Of a stretch of DNA of 64,000 nt, positions 53,648 to 63,595 are shown piece after piece; within the stretch, counting starts at the first letter, position 1, and each line of letters opens with the position of its first letter. The notes under the pieces are model-generated. The model saw nothing but the letters and a program-made list of their open reading frames with translations, was not told the origin of the DNA and ran no database searches. A program made the translations under genes and the position numbers. The stretch lies in NCBI GenBank assembly GCA_038206875.1, contig JBBRAK010000005.1, positions 385 through 64,384 on the forward strand, in the 5' to 3' direction. The DNA comes from Candidatus Saccharimonadales bacterium. Lineage in GTDB: Bacteria; Patescibacteriota; Saccharimonadia; Saccharimonadales; JBBQAJ01.

Positions 53648-54792
53648 GTGCTAATGCTTTCGTAAAATTTTTCAAACATCCAACCAGTGTCAGTTGGTCC
53701 AGGGCTTGCTTCAGGATGAAATTGAACGGAAAAATACGGTTTAGTTTTGTGCGCAATTCCTTCTACGGAATTATCATTCAGGTTTCTAAAAGAAACTCTC
53801 CATCCCGCAGGCAGTGTTTTCTCATCTATTGCGTAACTGTGATTTTGGCTGGTAATGTAACATTTTTCCGTCAAGTCATCCATGCATGGCTGATTATGGC
53901 CGCGATGTCCAAAAAGCAGTTTGTAAGTTTTTGCACCCGCTGCCAAGCCCAAAATTTGGCTACCCAAGCAGATTCCGAATATCGGTTTACCTATTGCTAA
54001 AGCCTTTTTAACATTTTCGATAGTTGGTTTGTAGTCGGTAGGGTCTCCGGGTCCGTTTGAAAGTAAAACACCATCATATTCATCTTTCGTAAAATCGTAC
54101 CCTGCTGGCACTTTTTTAATTCTGGCTGGAAGCTTCAGTAAACTCTGAAGTATGTTTTCTTTGGACCCACAATCAACTAAAATTATGGTTTTTTGTTGAT
54201 TTGCGTTATAAATTTTTGGTTTAAAGTCTTCGGGAATATTCACAACTGGCTTGAGCGTGCTAGTGTCAATTTGCACATCACTTATAGCACCCATCATTGA
54301 TCCACTGGTTCGTAAATGTTTTGTAACCGCCCTGGTGTCTACGTCCATAACGATTGGAATTTTCTGTGATTTGAGCCAGTCCAAAAACGAACTATCGGCT
54401 TTGGTATGGCTCCACGACATTGCAGCCGAACTAACTACAACTCCACTTACTTGGATTTTTTCTGATTCAACAGAAGCTAAATCTACGCCGTAGTTTCCTA
54501 TCATTGGATAAGTAAAAACTAGAATTTGATTGGAGTAAGATGGGTCTGTTAGTGACTCTACATACCCAGTCATACCGGTGTTGAAAACCACTTCTCCAAC
54601 AAAACTTCCTGTTTGCCAAGGAGGAACAATTCCGGAAAATTTTATGCCGTCACTTAAATATAAATAGGCAAATTTTTTGGTAAAAAAAATGCTCCCATTG
54701 GAGCTTTTGACGGATTGATTACTGATTTTTTTGGGCTTTTCTAGCATAGGCATACTAGGACTTGAGTATAGCATATTATTATAGAATTGCAA
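53644..54792 (-). CDS. carA: Carbamoyl-phosphate synthase small subunit (start codon uncertain)
   Basis: It has a CPSase small-chain domain (LYLSDGIKFSGI...TGMTGYVESLTDPSY) and a GATase triad (GICLGSQIL, HRGHNQP, QFHPE). The ORF-track start is a TTG, and about 40 extra N-terminal residues are questionable. It overlaps carB by 4 nt. Confidence 0.88.
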   Translation of the reverse strand: MQFYNNMLYSSPSMPMLEKPKKISNQSVKSSNGSIFFTKKFAYLYLSDGIKFSGIVPPWQTGSFVGEVVFNTGMTGYVESLTDPSYSNQILVFTYPMIGNYGVDLASVESEKIQVSGVVVSSAAMSWSHTKADSSFLDWLKSQKIPIVMDVDTRAVTKHLRTSGSMMGAISDVQIDTSTLKPVVNIPEDFKPKIYNANQQKTIILVDCGSKENILQSLLKLPARIKKVPAGYDFTKDEYDGVLLSNGPGDPTDYKPTIENVKKALAIGKPIFGICLGSQILGLAAGAKTYKLLFGHRGHNQPCMDDLTEKCYITSQNHSYAIDEKTLPAGWRVSFRNLNDNSVEGIAHKTKPYFSVQFHPEASPGPTDTGWMFEKFYESIST

Positions 54793-54856
54793 AAACTGTT
54801 TTCGCTCAGTACTGGTGCATGTGTTTCAGGACTGCTGTTTCTGATATCATGAGTCA

Positions 54857-56725
54857 ATGAAGAGCGACGCAGCAAAAACAGAGCCAACCGTAGTCGTACT
54901 AGATGCCGGAGGACAATATGTGGATCTGGTTAGACGAGCCTGTGAACGTATTGGCTATCCAACAGTTGTACTACCGCTAAATACTCCCGCTCAAGAATTA
55001 AAGTCGAAATATAAAGCAATAATCATTTCTGGCAGTCCTGCAAGTTCACAGGAAATCAACGCCCCCATGCCAGACCCAGAAGTTTGGAATTTGAACATTC
55101 CAATTCTGGGAATTTGTTATGGGCTACATGCTATGGTTACAAATTTTGGTGGAGAAATTATTCGTGGCAACTCTCGTCAAGATGGTCGAGCTACAACAAT
55201 AGTCGACAACAAACACCCCCTGTTCAAAAATACCAAAACAAACTTTAGTGCGTTGTTTACGCATGGAAATTTTGTATCTAAAGTACCGACTGGGTTTGAA
55301 ACGTTAGGTAAACACAAACTACCAGACGGAACTACTGTTTATTCCTCAATAGCAAAAAACAATTTGTTGGCAGTGCAGTTTCACCCCGAAGTTTTTGACG
55401 ATACACCTGAGGGATATCAAGTTTTCAAAAATTTCTTGCATGACATTTCTGGAATAGAACCAAACAAACAATTTCTTGAACAACAAACAGATACTTTAGT
55501 AGCAAACCTTCGCAGAAAAATTAATTCAACGGCTAAAAATCGACACGTAATTGCTTTTGTTAGTGGCGGAGTTGATTCGTCGGTTACTGCCACTCTCGCT
55601 GCAACAGAAATTCCAGAAAATTATCTGCATGCTTATTATATAGATAACGGGCTCATGAGAAACGAAGACGACAAGGTCATTGAAATTCTTCGTCACACTG
55701 GGGTAAAGGTGAATAAAATTGACTCTTCAAAAGAATTTTTGGAGCCACTAGAAAACGTTATAGATCCTCAAACCAAAAGACAAATAATTGGCAAAGTTTT
55801 TGTAGAAGTTCAGGGCAAAATAATTTCCGAACTGGGACTAGATGAAGCCTTGCTATTGCAAGGGACAAATGCCGCTGACCGGATTGAAAGTGGCTATAGC
55901 AAAGCTGGCAATGAAACTGCCGTTATAAAAACCCACCACAACCAAGTAAAAGAAATTCAAGATTTGAAGTCTAGGGGACTTTTAATTGAGCCACTTGATG
56001 ATTTGTTCAAAGACGAAGTCCGTGCAGTTGGCAAACACTTGGGCTTACCAGACGAAGTTACACAGCGCCAGCCATTCCCCGGGCCTGGCCTTGCCGTCAG
56101 GATTCTTTGTGCGACTGGCAAAGAATCAATTGCTGATATTACTGCGGTCGAAAACCAAATCAAATCTCATATAAATGTCGAAGACGCGGTGGTTAAGATA
56201 TTGCCGATTAGAAACGTCGGCGTAGGTGGTGATGAACGCTCGCACAAAGCAGCTGTTGCACTGCAAATAAATACAACTTGGGAAAATCTTGCAAATCTTG
56301 CTACAGAATTACCAGCCAAATTTAGCAATGATATAAATCGGGTCATTGTGGCACTTGGCAAACAATCCATAGCCAACTTCACCGTGACTCCAACATTTAT
56401 AAACAAAGACACTGTTGCTCAGTTGCAACATGCAGACAAAATTGTCTGGGAAGAAATGCGTGCTTTTGGTATATCAAACACAATTAGCCAATTTCCAGTA
56501 GTTCTTTTGCCTTTGTCGTTTGATAGTCCAGGCGAGCGCACAATTGTACTTCGACCGGTAACTACTTCTACGTTCATGACCGTACGGCCAATGATACCCG
56601 GCAAAGACATACCTATAGATTTTATTCAAAAAACAACCGAACGAATACTGGACGAAGTGCCAGGTATTAGCCAGGTTTTTATAGACCTAACACCCAAACC
56701 CCCCGCCACCACGGAGTGGGAATAA
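54857..56725 (+). CDS. guaA: GMP synthase (glutamine-hydrolysing), long form with a duplicated C-terminal subdomain
   Basis: It has a GATase domain (GICYG, FHPEV), the PP-loop FVSGGVDSSV, PFPGPGLAVR, and the C-terminal PKPPATTEWE. Confidence 0.9.
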   Translation: MKSDAAKTEPTVVVLDAGGQYVDLVRRACERIGYPTVVLPLNTPAQELKSKYKAIIISGSPASSQEINAPMPDPEVWNLNIPILGICYGLHAMVTNFGGEIIRGNSRQDGRATTIVDNKHPLFKNTKTNFSALFTHGNFVSKVPTGFETLGKHKLPDGTTVYSSIAKNNLLAVQFHPEVFDDTPEGYQVFKNFLHDISGIEPNKQFLEQQTDTLVANLRRKINSTAKNRHVIAFVSGGVDSSVTATLAATEIPENYLHAYYIDNGLMRNEDDKVIEILRHTGVKVNKIDSSKEFLEPLENVIDPQTKRQIIGKVFVEVQGKIISELGLDEALLLQGTNAADRIESGYSKAGNETAVIKTHHNQVKEIQDLKSRGLLIEPLDDLFKDEVRAVGKHLGLPDEVTQRQPFPGPGLAVRILCATGKESIADITAVENQIKSHINVEDAVVKILPIRNVGVGGDERSHKAAVALQINTTWENLANLATELPAKFSNDINRVIVALGKQSIANFTVTPTFINKDTVAQLQHADKIVWEEMRAFGISNTISQFPVVLLPLSFDSPGERTIVLRPVTTSTFMTVRPMIPGKDIPIDFIQKTTERILDEVPGISQVFIDLTPKPPATTEWE

Positions 56726-56729
56726 AGTT

Positions 56730-57257
56730 ATGAATATATGCGTGTTTTGTTCTGCAAATGATCTGGAAGATAAATATACTAAACCAGCAAAGGAGTTTGC
56801 TCAATTGTTAGCTAAAAATCGGCACACCTTGGTATGGGGAGGTTCTGATTATGGGATGATGAACCTCGTGGCTTCCTGTGTTCAGGAAAACGGAGGCAAA
56901 ATTGTTGGTATATCCGTAGAGTTTTTCAAAGAAAAAGCACGTAAAAACGCCGATGAAATGCTATTTACAAAGGACTTATCAGAACGAAAAGCCACACTAC
57001 TAGCCCGTTCAGACGCAGTTGTCATGATGGTCGGTGGCACTGGTACGCTTGATGAAGCGACTGAAATTATAGCACTCAAAAAAATCGGCAGGCACAATAA
57101 GCCAATCGTGGTCTTGGACACAGATAACTTTTATAATGGCCTTAGACTACAACTAGAAACTATGGAAAAAGAGGGAATGCTCCCTCTTCCTTTGTCAAAA
57201 ATAGTTTTCTTTGCAGATACTCCAAAGGCGGCGATCGACTACCTTAATGCTAACTAG
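56730..57257 (+). CDS. LOG family / TIGR00730 Rossmann-fold nucleotide-binding protein
   Basis: It contains the GGSDYGMMNLVA and VGGTGTLDEATE motifs. Confidence 0.8.
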   Translation: MNICVFCSANDLEDKYTKPAKEFAQLLAKNRHTLVWGGSDYGMMNLVASCVQENGGKIVGISVEFFKEKARKNADEMLFTKDLSERKATLLARSDAVVMMVGGTGTLDEATEIIALKKIGRHNKPIVVLDTDNFYNGLRLQLETMEKEGMLPLPLSKIVFFADTPKAAIDYLNAN

Positions 57258-57858
57258 CTAAAAAATCTAAGCACTGCTGGTATTTTTTTTCGTCAATTTT
57301 CTTTTCAGACTTCATGATATCTACCGCTTCACGTACAGTCATAAATGCGTGTAGCTTATAACCTTTTTTTCTAAGGTTTTCTGTTGCGCCTTTTCCATAA
57401 TCTAGCAAAACTACAGCATCTTTGACCACAAGGCCGTGATTTTCCATAGCTGGAATCGCTTCCAACAAAGAAGTTGCCTTTGTTGCTAAATCTTCAATCA
57501 TTACTACTGTTTCACCTTTTTTATATTCTCCCTCCAGGCTTTTTTGAAGACCATATTCTTTCTTTAGACCTTCTTTACGCATAAAAATCCAAGGCCGCTC
57601 AAGCTCCAGACTTATTGCCCCAGCTATTGGCAGAGCCGCATAGGCAACCCCCGCTAAACGGTCGTATTTTAGGGTTTCAAGTTTTTTTGCATAAACCTTA
57701 GCAACCTTTTTTAACAGTTGTGGGTGGCTAATAAACAGACGCAAATCCAAATACATTGGACTAACAATTCCGCTCTTAAAGGTATACTCACCAAACTTTA
57801 AAGCACCAATCTCGTGAAGGTTCAATGCGATTTCTTTTTTCGATACTTCTGCTTGCAT
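57250..57858 (-). CDS. pyrE: Orotate phosphoribosyltransferase
   Basis: It contains LKFGEYTFKSGIVSPMYLDLR and the PRPP motif VVMIEDLATKATS. The start is set at MQAEVSKK; the ORF-track start adds 19 unlikely residues. Confidence 0.85.
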   Translation of the reverse strand: MQAEVSKKEIALNLHEIGALKFGEYTFKSGIVSPMYLDLRLFISHPQLLKKVAKVYAKKLETLKYDRLAGVAYAALPIAGAISLELERPWIFMRKEGLKKEYGLQKSLEGEYKKGETVVMIEDLATKATSLLEAIPAMENHGLVVKDAVVLLDYGKGATENLRKKGYKLHAFMTVREAVDIMKSEKKIDEKKYQQCLDFLAS

Positions 57859-57958
57859 CCCACAGCCTCCATATGCTTTACAATCTTTATATTCAAAATT
57901 ATAACATATAGACAAATGAAATTTTGCATAAACCTCTACAAAGTAGTATAGTATAGAA

Positions 57959-58861
57959 ATGTCTGAGCGGGTTGGTCATAATATAGGTGGTACTGAGTTT
58001 GCGGACGATGCAGCAGCCGAAGCATATGCCCGTCAGTGTCATGGAATAGATGGAAAATTTCTTCTTGACCCGTTTTTTCTTCCAAGTTTGGTTGAATTAT
58101 CAAACAATCAGGATGTTGTTGATATTGGTTGTGGAGCTGCTCCTTGGTCAATTACAGCTACGAATGCTGGCGCAAACAGTGTGTTTGCCTTCGATTTATC
58201 TGGACCAATGGTAGGACAAGCGATTGATGCAACTAGTGAATTACCTAATAAGCCTTTACTGGGTAGGGCGAACGCTATGGATATACCAGCCCGTGATGGG
58301 TCATTTGGCCTTGCACTTAGCATAAATGTTGCCTGTAATTTACCAGGACTGAGTGACGAAAGATATCCAGTTTTCCGTCACTTTCAAGAGATATCTAGAG
58401 TGCTTAAGGATGGTGGGTGGGCTATATTTACAACTCCAAGTTCACTTAACGATACCTTCACGACTCAGGGATGTGAAGCTGACGCCGAAGCGCTAGAGAC
58501 TGCACTCGAAAGCATTAGCCTAGACGATGAGAACCAGATGCGGAAAGTAGTTGCCAGCTACGAACAAATTCTTAGGGCTACAGTTTTTTCCAGCGGAAAT
58601 AAATGGCGATTATCTAAATCAGACGACGAAATCCCACTCGGGCATCCAATTTGGCGCAAAATTCCTGGCTTGGTAGTACCAAATTACTACCACCCTGAAG
58701 AAGAATACCAAAGAGCCATCCAAGCTACCGGACTTGAAATAGTTGCCATTGATCAACCAGTTGTAGAGTCAGGGCAAATTAATCCCGAAGAAATGGATCT
58801 TGGATCACAGTACACAAAAACTAACGCATTTGCGGTGTATCTTCTGCAAAAAACAGCCTAG
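57959..58861 (+). CDS. Class I SAM-dependent methyltransferase
   Basis: Motif I is VVDIGCGAAPW, followed by an acidic post-I residue (FAFDLS). TATAGT lies 6 nt upstream of the ATG. Confidence 0.75.
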   Translation: MSERVGHNIGGTEFADDAAAEAYARQCHGIDGKFLLDPFFLPSLVELSNNQDVVDIGCGAAPWSITATNAGANSVFAFDLSGPMVGQAIDATSELPNKPLLGRANAMDIPARDGSFGLALSINVACNLPGLSDERYPVFRHFQEISRVLKDGGWAIFTTPSSLNDTFTTQGCEADAEALETALESISLDDENQMRKVVASYEQILRATVFSSGNKWRLSKSDDEIPLGHPIWRKIPGLVVPNYYHPEEEYQRAIQATGLEIVAIDQPVVESGQINPEEMDLGSQYTKTNAFAVYLLQKTA

Positions 58862-58870
58862 ATTAGGGTT

Positions 58871-59677
58871 TTAGCGGTATTTATTAATTTCATCACGCAA
58901 GGTTTTGGCTTTTTCACGCGCGGCTTCTGCAAAAGCTTTATCGTTAGATGCAAAGATTATTTCCCTGGATGCGTTTATGACCAGACCGCTTCCGGTTGAA
59001 GTAAGTCCTGCCCTAATTGCCGCTGAAGCGTTACCGCCCTGGGCGCCTAGCCCCGGCATGAGGAACGGCATTGTGTCGCCAGCAATTTGGCGTAGTATCT
59101 TAGCTTCATTTGGAAAGGTCGCACCAACAATAAACATGCAGTTTTTGTTTGTATTCCATTTTTCAACAATTTCTTTTGCAACATGTTGGTAAAGTGGAAT
59201 ACCTTCTAGTTTGAGATCCTGAAATTCACCTGCCCCAGGGTTTGAAGTCCGCACCATGAGAAAAATTCCCTTTTCTTTATTGTCCAAAAAAGTCTGTATG
59301 GCTTCTTGTCCTAGGTACGTGTGGAGCGTTACCGCATCGGCAAATAACCTATCGAAGGCAAATTCTGCGTATGCATTATTTGTGTTACCTATGTCGCCCC
59401 GCTTGAAATCAAAAATTATGGGCACATTGGGGTAGTTCGATTTTATGTAGGCGCATGTTTTTTCAAGATACGCGATTCCCTCTGAACCAAGCGCTTCGTA
59501 AAATGCGGGATTTGGTTTGAAAGCACAAACTAGGTCGGCTGTTGCGTCGATTATTGCTTTGTTGAACTCAAATTGATTCAACCCTGCCGGTAAACGCGTA
59601 TGGTCAGGATCCAGACCAACACAGAGTAGTGAATTGTTTTTAGCTACGGCCACGTCTAGTTTTTCAAGAAACGTCAT
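58871..59677 (-). CDS. pyrF: Orotidine 5'-phosphate decarboxylase (type 2)
   Basis: It contains LCVGLDPD and FDFKRGDIGNT (the DxKxxD network). The ~268-aa length is typical of the long form. Confidence 0.85.
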   Translation of the reverse strand: MTFLEKLDVAVAKNNSLLCVGLDPDHTRLPAGLNQFEFNKAIIDATADLVCAFKPNPAFYEALGSEGIAYLEKTCAYIKSNYPNVPIIFDFKRGDIGNTNNAYAEFAFDRLFADAVTLHTYLGQEAIQTFLDNKEKGIFLMVRTSNPGAGEFQDLKLEGIPLYQHVAKEIVEKWNTNKNCMFIVGATFPNEAKILRQIAGDTMPFLMPGLGAQGGNASAAIRAGLTSTGSGLVINASREIIFASNDKAFAEAAREKAKTLRDEINKYR

Positions 59678-59705
59678 TTGTATCTATGCTATTCTAAAAA
59701 GCAGT

Positions 59706-60788
59706 ATGGCACAACTGTTTTACGACCCCGCGAAGACTTTTGGCGAAAATGTTGACGATGGGCCTTTTTTCGATGATTTACCTAAACTTATTCGTGATGG
59801 TGAACCAAAATTTAAATTTTTGGGCTTTCCTGTTTATTTACCATTTGGTATTGCAGCCGGACCACTACCAACTAGCAAACATGTGAATGCTGCTTTTGAT
59901 TGGGGTTATGACGTGGTTCACTACAAAACTATGAGAACTGTGCCTTTTAAATCTAATCCATTTCCGAACGTGATTCCTGTAGATGCTAGTGGGGGTGTGA
60001 GCTTGGAACAAGCTGACAAAGGGCTAACGATGCTAGATGATTTTCCAAAAGATATCAGCAAACTTGTGATAACCAATTCTTTTGGAAACCCAGGACTTGG
60101 ACCGAAATTTTGGATGCCGGATATGAAAAAGGCAGTGGCTGGTGCTGGCAATGGTCAAGTCATGGTGGCAAGCACTTTTGGAACAGCAACAGAGGGTATG
60201 AGCAACGAAGATTTTTGGCAAGATTTTGCAGATGCATCAAAGCTTGCAGTTGAAGCTGGAGCTAAAATTATTGAACTCAATCTGTCCTGCCCAAACGTGG
60301 TCGGCGAAGGAATTGTCTGCTACACGTCAGAAGCTGTAATTGGTATCTGCAAACGTACCCGAGAAGTAATTGGCAATACACCACTTATGATAAAACTTGG
60401 GTACTTTACAAAAGAACAACAAGGATTGCTGGAAAACATGATGGCAGAGGTAGCGTCACTCATCCAGGCCGTTTCACTTATCAATACAATCCCAGCAAAA
60501 GTCTATGACAAAAACGGCAAACAGGCTCTTCCCGGAGAAGGCCGTTTAGTGAGCGGACTTTGTGGAGCAGGTATCAAATGGGCAGGTGTGGATATGGTCA
60601 AGCGTATGGATGCCCTACGAAAAGTAAAAGGCTACACATACGAAATAGTCGGAATTGGTGGCTGTATGACGCCGGCAGATTTCAAAGAATACCGTGACTC
60701 CGGAGCAGACTTAGTCCAGGCCTGCACAGCTCCCATGTGGAACCCTAACCTTGCCCACGAAACCGCAGAAAGTTATAAAAATGTTTGA
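59706..60788 (+). CDS. pyrD: Dihydroorotate dehydrogenase, class 1-like
   Basis: LNLSCPNV carries the catalytic Cys typical of class 1, and GIGGC is near the C-terminus. The start is set at MAQLFYD to avoid an antisense overlap with the pyrF start. No pyrK gene is adjacent. Confidence 0.78.
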   Translation: MAQLFYDPAKTFGENVDDGPFFDDLPKLIRDGEPKFKFLGFPVYLPFGIAAGPLPTSKHVNAAFDWGYDVVHYKTMRTVPFKSNPFPNVIPVDASGGVSLEQADKGLTMLDDFPKDISKLVITNSFGNPGLGPKFWMPDMKKAVAGAGNGQVMVASTFGTATEGMSNEDFWQDFADASKLAVEAGAKIIELNLSCPNVVGEGIVCYTSEAVIGICKRTREVIGNTPLMIKLGYFTKEQQGLLENMMAEVASLIQAVSLINTIPAKVYDKNGKQALPGEGRLVSGLCGAGIKWAGVDMVKRMDALRKVKGYTYEIVGIGGCMTPADFKEYRDSGADLVQACTAPMWNPNLAHETAESYKNV

Positions 60789-61212
60789 CTGGCGAATTAT
60801 TGCGTTTTCGGCACCAATATTTTTTGTGATCTATCAATCTTTATCAAAATTATTACCCAAGGGCTTGTCTGCGTTTTTAGTAACAGCCTATGCATCCCTT
60901 ATGGGGTTTGTGATAATGTTCAGCTTGCATCTAATCACGCAGACCGATAAATCAATTAGGCTTCCGAATAAAGCTCTTGGACTTGCTCTTGCTATGGGTT
61001 TATTTATTGGATTAGGTAATTTAGGAATTATCAAAGCGTTCTCACTCGGTGCTCCACAATCAAACTTTACTTTGTATTTTTATGTACCGTTAATAATCTA
61101 TGGCGTAATTTTTGGCGTAATTTTTTGGCATGAAAAACTACAACTCATTCAGTTAGCGGGCATACTTCTGTCAATTATTGGGATATACATAGTATTCCGT
61201 TTTAAGAAATAA
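60781..61212 (+). CDS. Small DMT/EamA-like membrane protein (single EamA domain, about 4-5 TM)
   Basis: The ATG at 60781 overlaps the pyrD end by 8 nt. The hydrophobic profile and the C-terminus LQLIQLAGILLSIIGIYIV are typical of EamA. Confidence 0.5.
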   Translation: MFDWRIIAFSAPIFFVIYQSLSKLLPKGLSAFLVTAYASLMGFVIMFSLHLITQTDKSIRLPNKALGLALAMGLFIGLGNLGIIKAFSLGAPQSNFTLYFYVPLIIYGVIFGVIFWHEKLQLIQLAGILLSIIGIYIVFRFKK

Positions 61213-62494
61213 TTTCGCCGTTGCCGTATTTAAGGTTGCCACTGACTATTGTGTATACGGCTTTACCGATTAGTTTTTTACCGTTAAAGGCACTGTTTTT
61301 GCCTTTAGACAAGAACTGCTCACTATCGACTATCCATTCTTTGTTAGTATCAAAGATTGCTATGTCAGCATCAGCACCAACAGAAAGGTGGCCTTTATCA
61401 ACCCCTATAATTTCAGCTGCGGAAATAGTCATTTTAGCTATACCATCAGTCAGGCTGATGTGTTTTGGTTTAACTAAATATGTATACATGGCTCCGAAAC
61501 TTGTTTCTAGACCGACCGTACCCCGTGCGGCGTCAACGAATGGTTTGATTTTGTCGGGTTCAATGTGAGGTGCATGGTCCGTACTCAAAGCGTTGATGAC
61601 GCCACTTTTGATACTATCAATTATTGCATCAACGTGGTCCTTTGAGCGCAAGGGGGGATACATTTTTGCATTGGTGTTGTAACCCTTAGTTTCTTCATCA
61701 GTAAGTGAAAAATGCTGTACTGCAACTTCTGCCGAAATGTTTTTAGCACCGCGAGCCCTAGCCTCAGCAATCGCGCGCACAGCACCTTTGGTCGAATTGT
61801 GCATAAGATGTAGCCTTACTCCAGTCTCTTCGGCCAGTAAAATATTCTTATAAACCGCAACGTCTTCGCCGACTGCTGGAATTCCTGCCAACCCCAGCTG
61901 AGTGGACACCCAACCTTCATGCATTACGCCGTCCTCAATCAAATCTTCAGTCTCACAGTGGCTCATCAACAATATATCGCAGGTTTTGGCGTACTCCATA
62001 GCCCGCTTCAATAGCCCTTCGTTTTGCACATCAAGACCGTCATCTGAAATCGCAATTGCACCGGAATTTTTTAGCTCATTAATTTCAGCCAACATTGAAC
62101 CGTCCTGGGCTTTTGTTATCGATCCAGCCGGATAGATGTTAATCAGATCGAGATTTCGTGAACGGTTGATAATAAATTCAATAACTGTTTGATTATCAGC
62201 CACCGGGTTGGAATTTGGCATAGCAACTGCGGAAGTTATTCCACCAGCAAGTGCTGCCCATGATCCGGTTTCCAGTGTTTCCATATCTTCTCTGCCTGGT
62301 TCACGGAAATGTACATGCAGATCAATCAATCCCGGTGTCACTATTAAGCCTGTGGCGTCAATTATTTGATCAGCTTTGCCAAGATTTTTACCAATCGTGG
62401 CAACTTTGCCGTCTTTGACAAGAATGTCAGTAACTTTATCTAGCTTATTTTTTGGGTCAATGACTCGTCCATTTTTGATTAAAAGTGTGCTCAT
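61202..62494 (-). CDS. pyrC: Dihydroorotase
   Basis: It has the DLHVHFREPG metal-binding motif and the ...STDHAPH motif. It lies directly downstream of pyrB. Confidence 0.93.
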   Translation of the reverse strand: MSTLLIKNGRVIDPKNKLDKVTDILVKDGKVATIGKNLGKADQIIDATGLIVTPGLIDLHVHFREPGREDMETLETGSWAALAGGITSAVAMPNSNPVADNQTVIEFIINRSRNLDLINIYPAGSITKAQDGSMLAEINELKNSGAIAISDDGLDVQNEGLLKRAMEYAKTCDILLMSHCETEDLIEDGVMHEGWVSTQLGLAGIPAVGEDVAVYKNILLAEETGVRLHLMHNSTKGAVRAIAEARARGAKNISAEVAVQHFSLTDEETKGYNTNAKMYPPLRSKDHVDAIIDSIKSGVINALSTDHAPHIEPDKIKPFVDAARGTVGLETSFGAMYTYLVKPKHISLTDGIAKMTISAAEIIGVDKGHLSVGADADIAIFDTNKEWIVDSEQFLSKGKNSAFNGKKLIGKAVYTIVSGNLKYGNGEIIS

Positions 62495-62496
62495 AT

Positions 62497-63507
62497 TTAA
62501 AGCCTGCTAAATTCTTTGGTTTTACCGTCAATCCTAGTACACATAAGCCACAGTAGAGCTTTTCTTACAGCCATTCCATTTTCGACCTGGCGTAGAATCA
62601 TCGACTGTTTATCAACAGCCGCTAATGCTGAATGCACGTCTATGTCACGCATAACTGGCCCGGGGTGCATCAAAATTGCATTTTTCTTAGCCAGATCTAG
62701 GCGTTTGCGTGAAATACCGTACATTTTTGAGTATTCTCTTAGGCTTGGAATAAAGCCGTTGGCACCATATTCTCCCTTTATGCGGCAGACATATACGATA
62801 TCGGCTCCAGTAACTGCTTCATCAACTGAGTAGTAGGTTTTCAGTCCAAAATTCTCAACATGTGAAGGTAGGAACGTTTGCGGTCCCGCAACCCGTATAG
62901 TTGCATTTAACTTCTTTGCCAGTCTAACTAATGAACCGAAAGGTCGATAGTGAATAATATCTCCTACAATCGTGAGTACTTTACCTTCAAGATTTTTTGT
63001 ACCGAAATGGTCAAGCATTGTCAAAGCATCTAGCAAAGCCTGGGTAGGATGCTCGTGCCAACCATCACCGGCGTTGAGGATGGATGCTTGGGTATGACGG
63101 GCAGCCATTTCAGGGACGCCTGATTCTTCTGAACGGATAATAATAATTTTTACGTTATAGTTGTCTAGCGTCTCGACAGTGTCTAGGTAGCTTTCACCCT
63201 TGGAAACACTGCTACTGGAACTCACAGACGTGGTATCCATTGAAAGCTGTTTGGCAGCTAAATCAAAACTCGACATCGTACGCGTTGAAGGTTCAAAAAA
63301 TGCGTTTACTTGGGAATTGCCTTTGTTGAATGAGAATTTGTAAGTTTTATAGTCGCGGAAGCGTCGGGCTACATCAAAAACAAGCTCCAGGTCTTTGTTT
63401 GAAGCTTGTTCTATAGATACTAAGTCGAAGAAAGATAGATCACGACCTTTTCGAACTTTAATAAGCTCAGTCTCTGCGTCAGAATTTTGTTTCGGCTTAT
63501 CTACCAT
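62497..63507 (-). CDS. pyrB: Aspartate carbamoyltransferase catalytic subunit
   Basis: It contains the EPSTRT, HPTQALLD and MHPGP motifs, plus an N-terminal extension of about 30 aa. Confidence 0.93.
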   Translation of the reverse strand: MVDKPKQNSDAETELIKVRKGRDLSFFDLVSIEQASNKDLELVFDVARRFRDYKTYKFSFNKGNSQVNAFFEPSTRTMSSFDLAAKQLSMDTTSVSSSSSVSKGESYLDTVETLDNYNVKIIIIRSEESGVPEMAARHTQASILNAGDGWHEHPTQALLDALTMLDHFGTKNLEGKVLTIVGDIIHYRPFGSLVRLAKKLNATIRVAGPQTFLPSHVENFGLKTYYSVDEAVTGADIVYVCRIKGEYGANGFIPSLREYSKMYGISRKRLDLAKKNAILMHPGPVMRDIDVHSALAAVDKQSMILRQVENGMAVRKALLWLMCTRIDGKTKEFSRL

Positions 63508-63595
63508 CTAAAAGCGAATTTTAACACAAACACGCGAACTTTACAAATACAATTTATGTGTTTATTTAAGTTTTTGTTAAGTCGTGAAGAAATTC

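Noticed and set aside
63508-63595. Possible PyrR-type attenuator or terminator-antiterminator upstream of pyrB
   Set aside because: Only a weak 6-bp AAACAC/GTGTTT inverted repeat with a 28-nt loop is present. There is no U-tract and no PyrR-binding loop motif.
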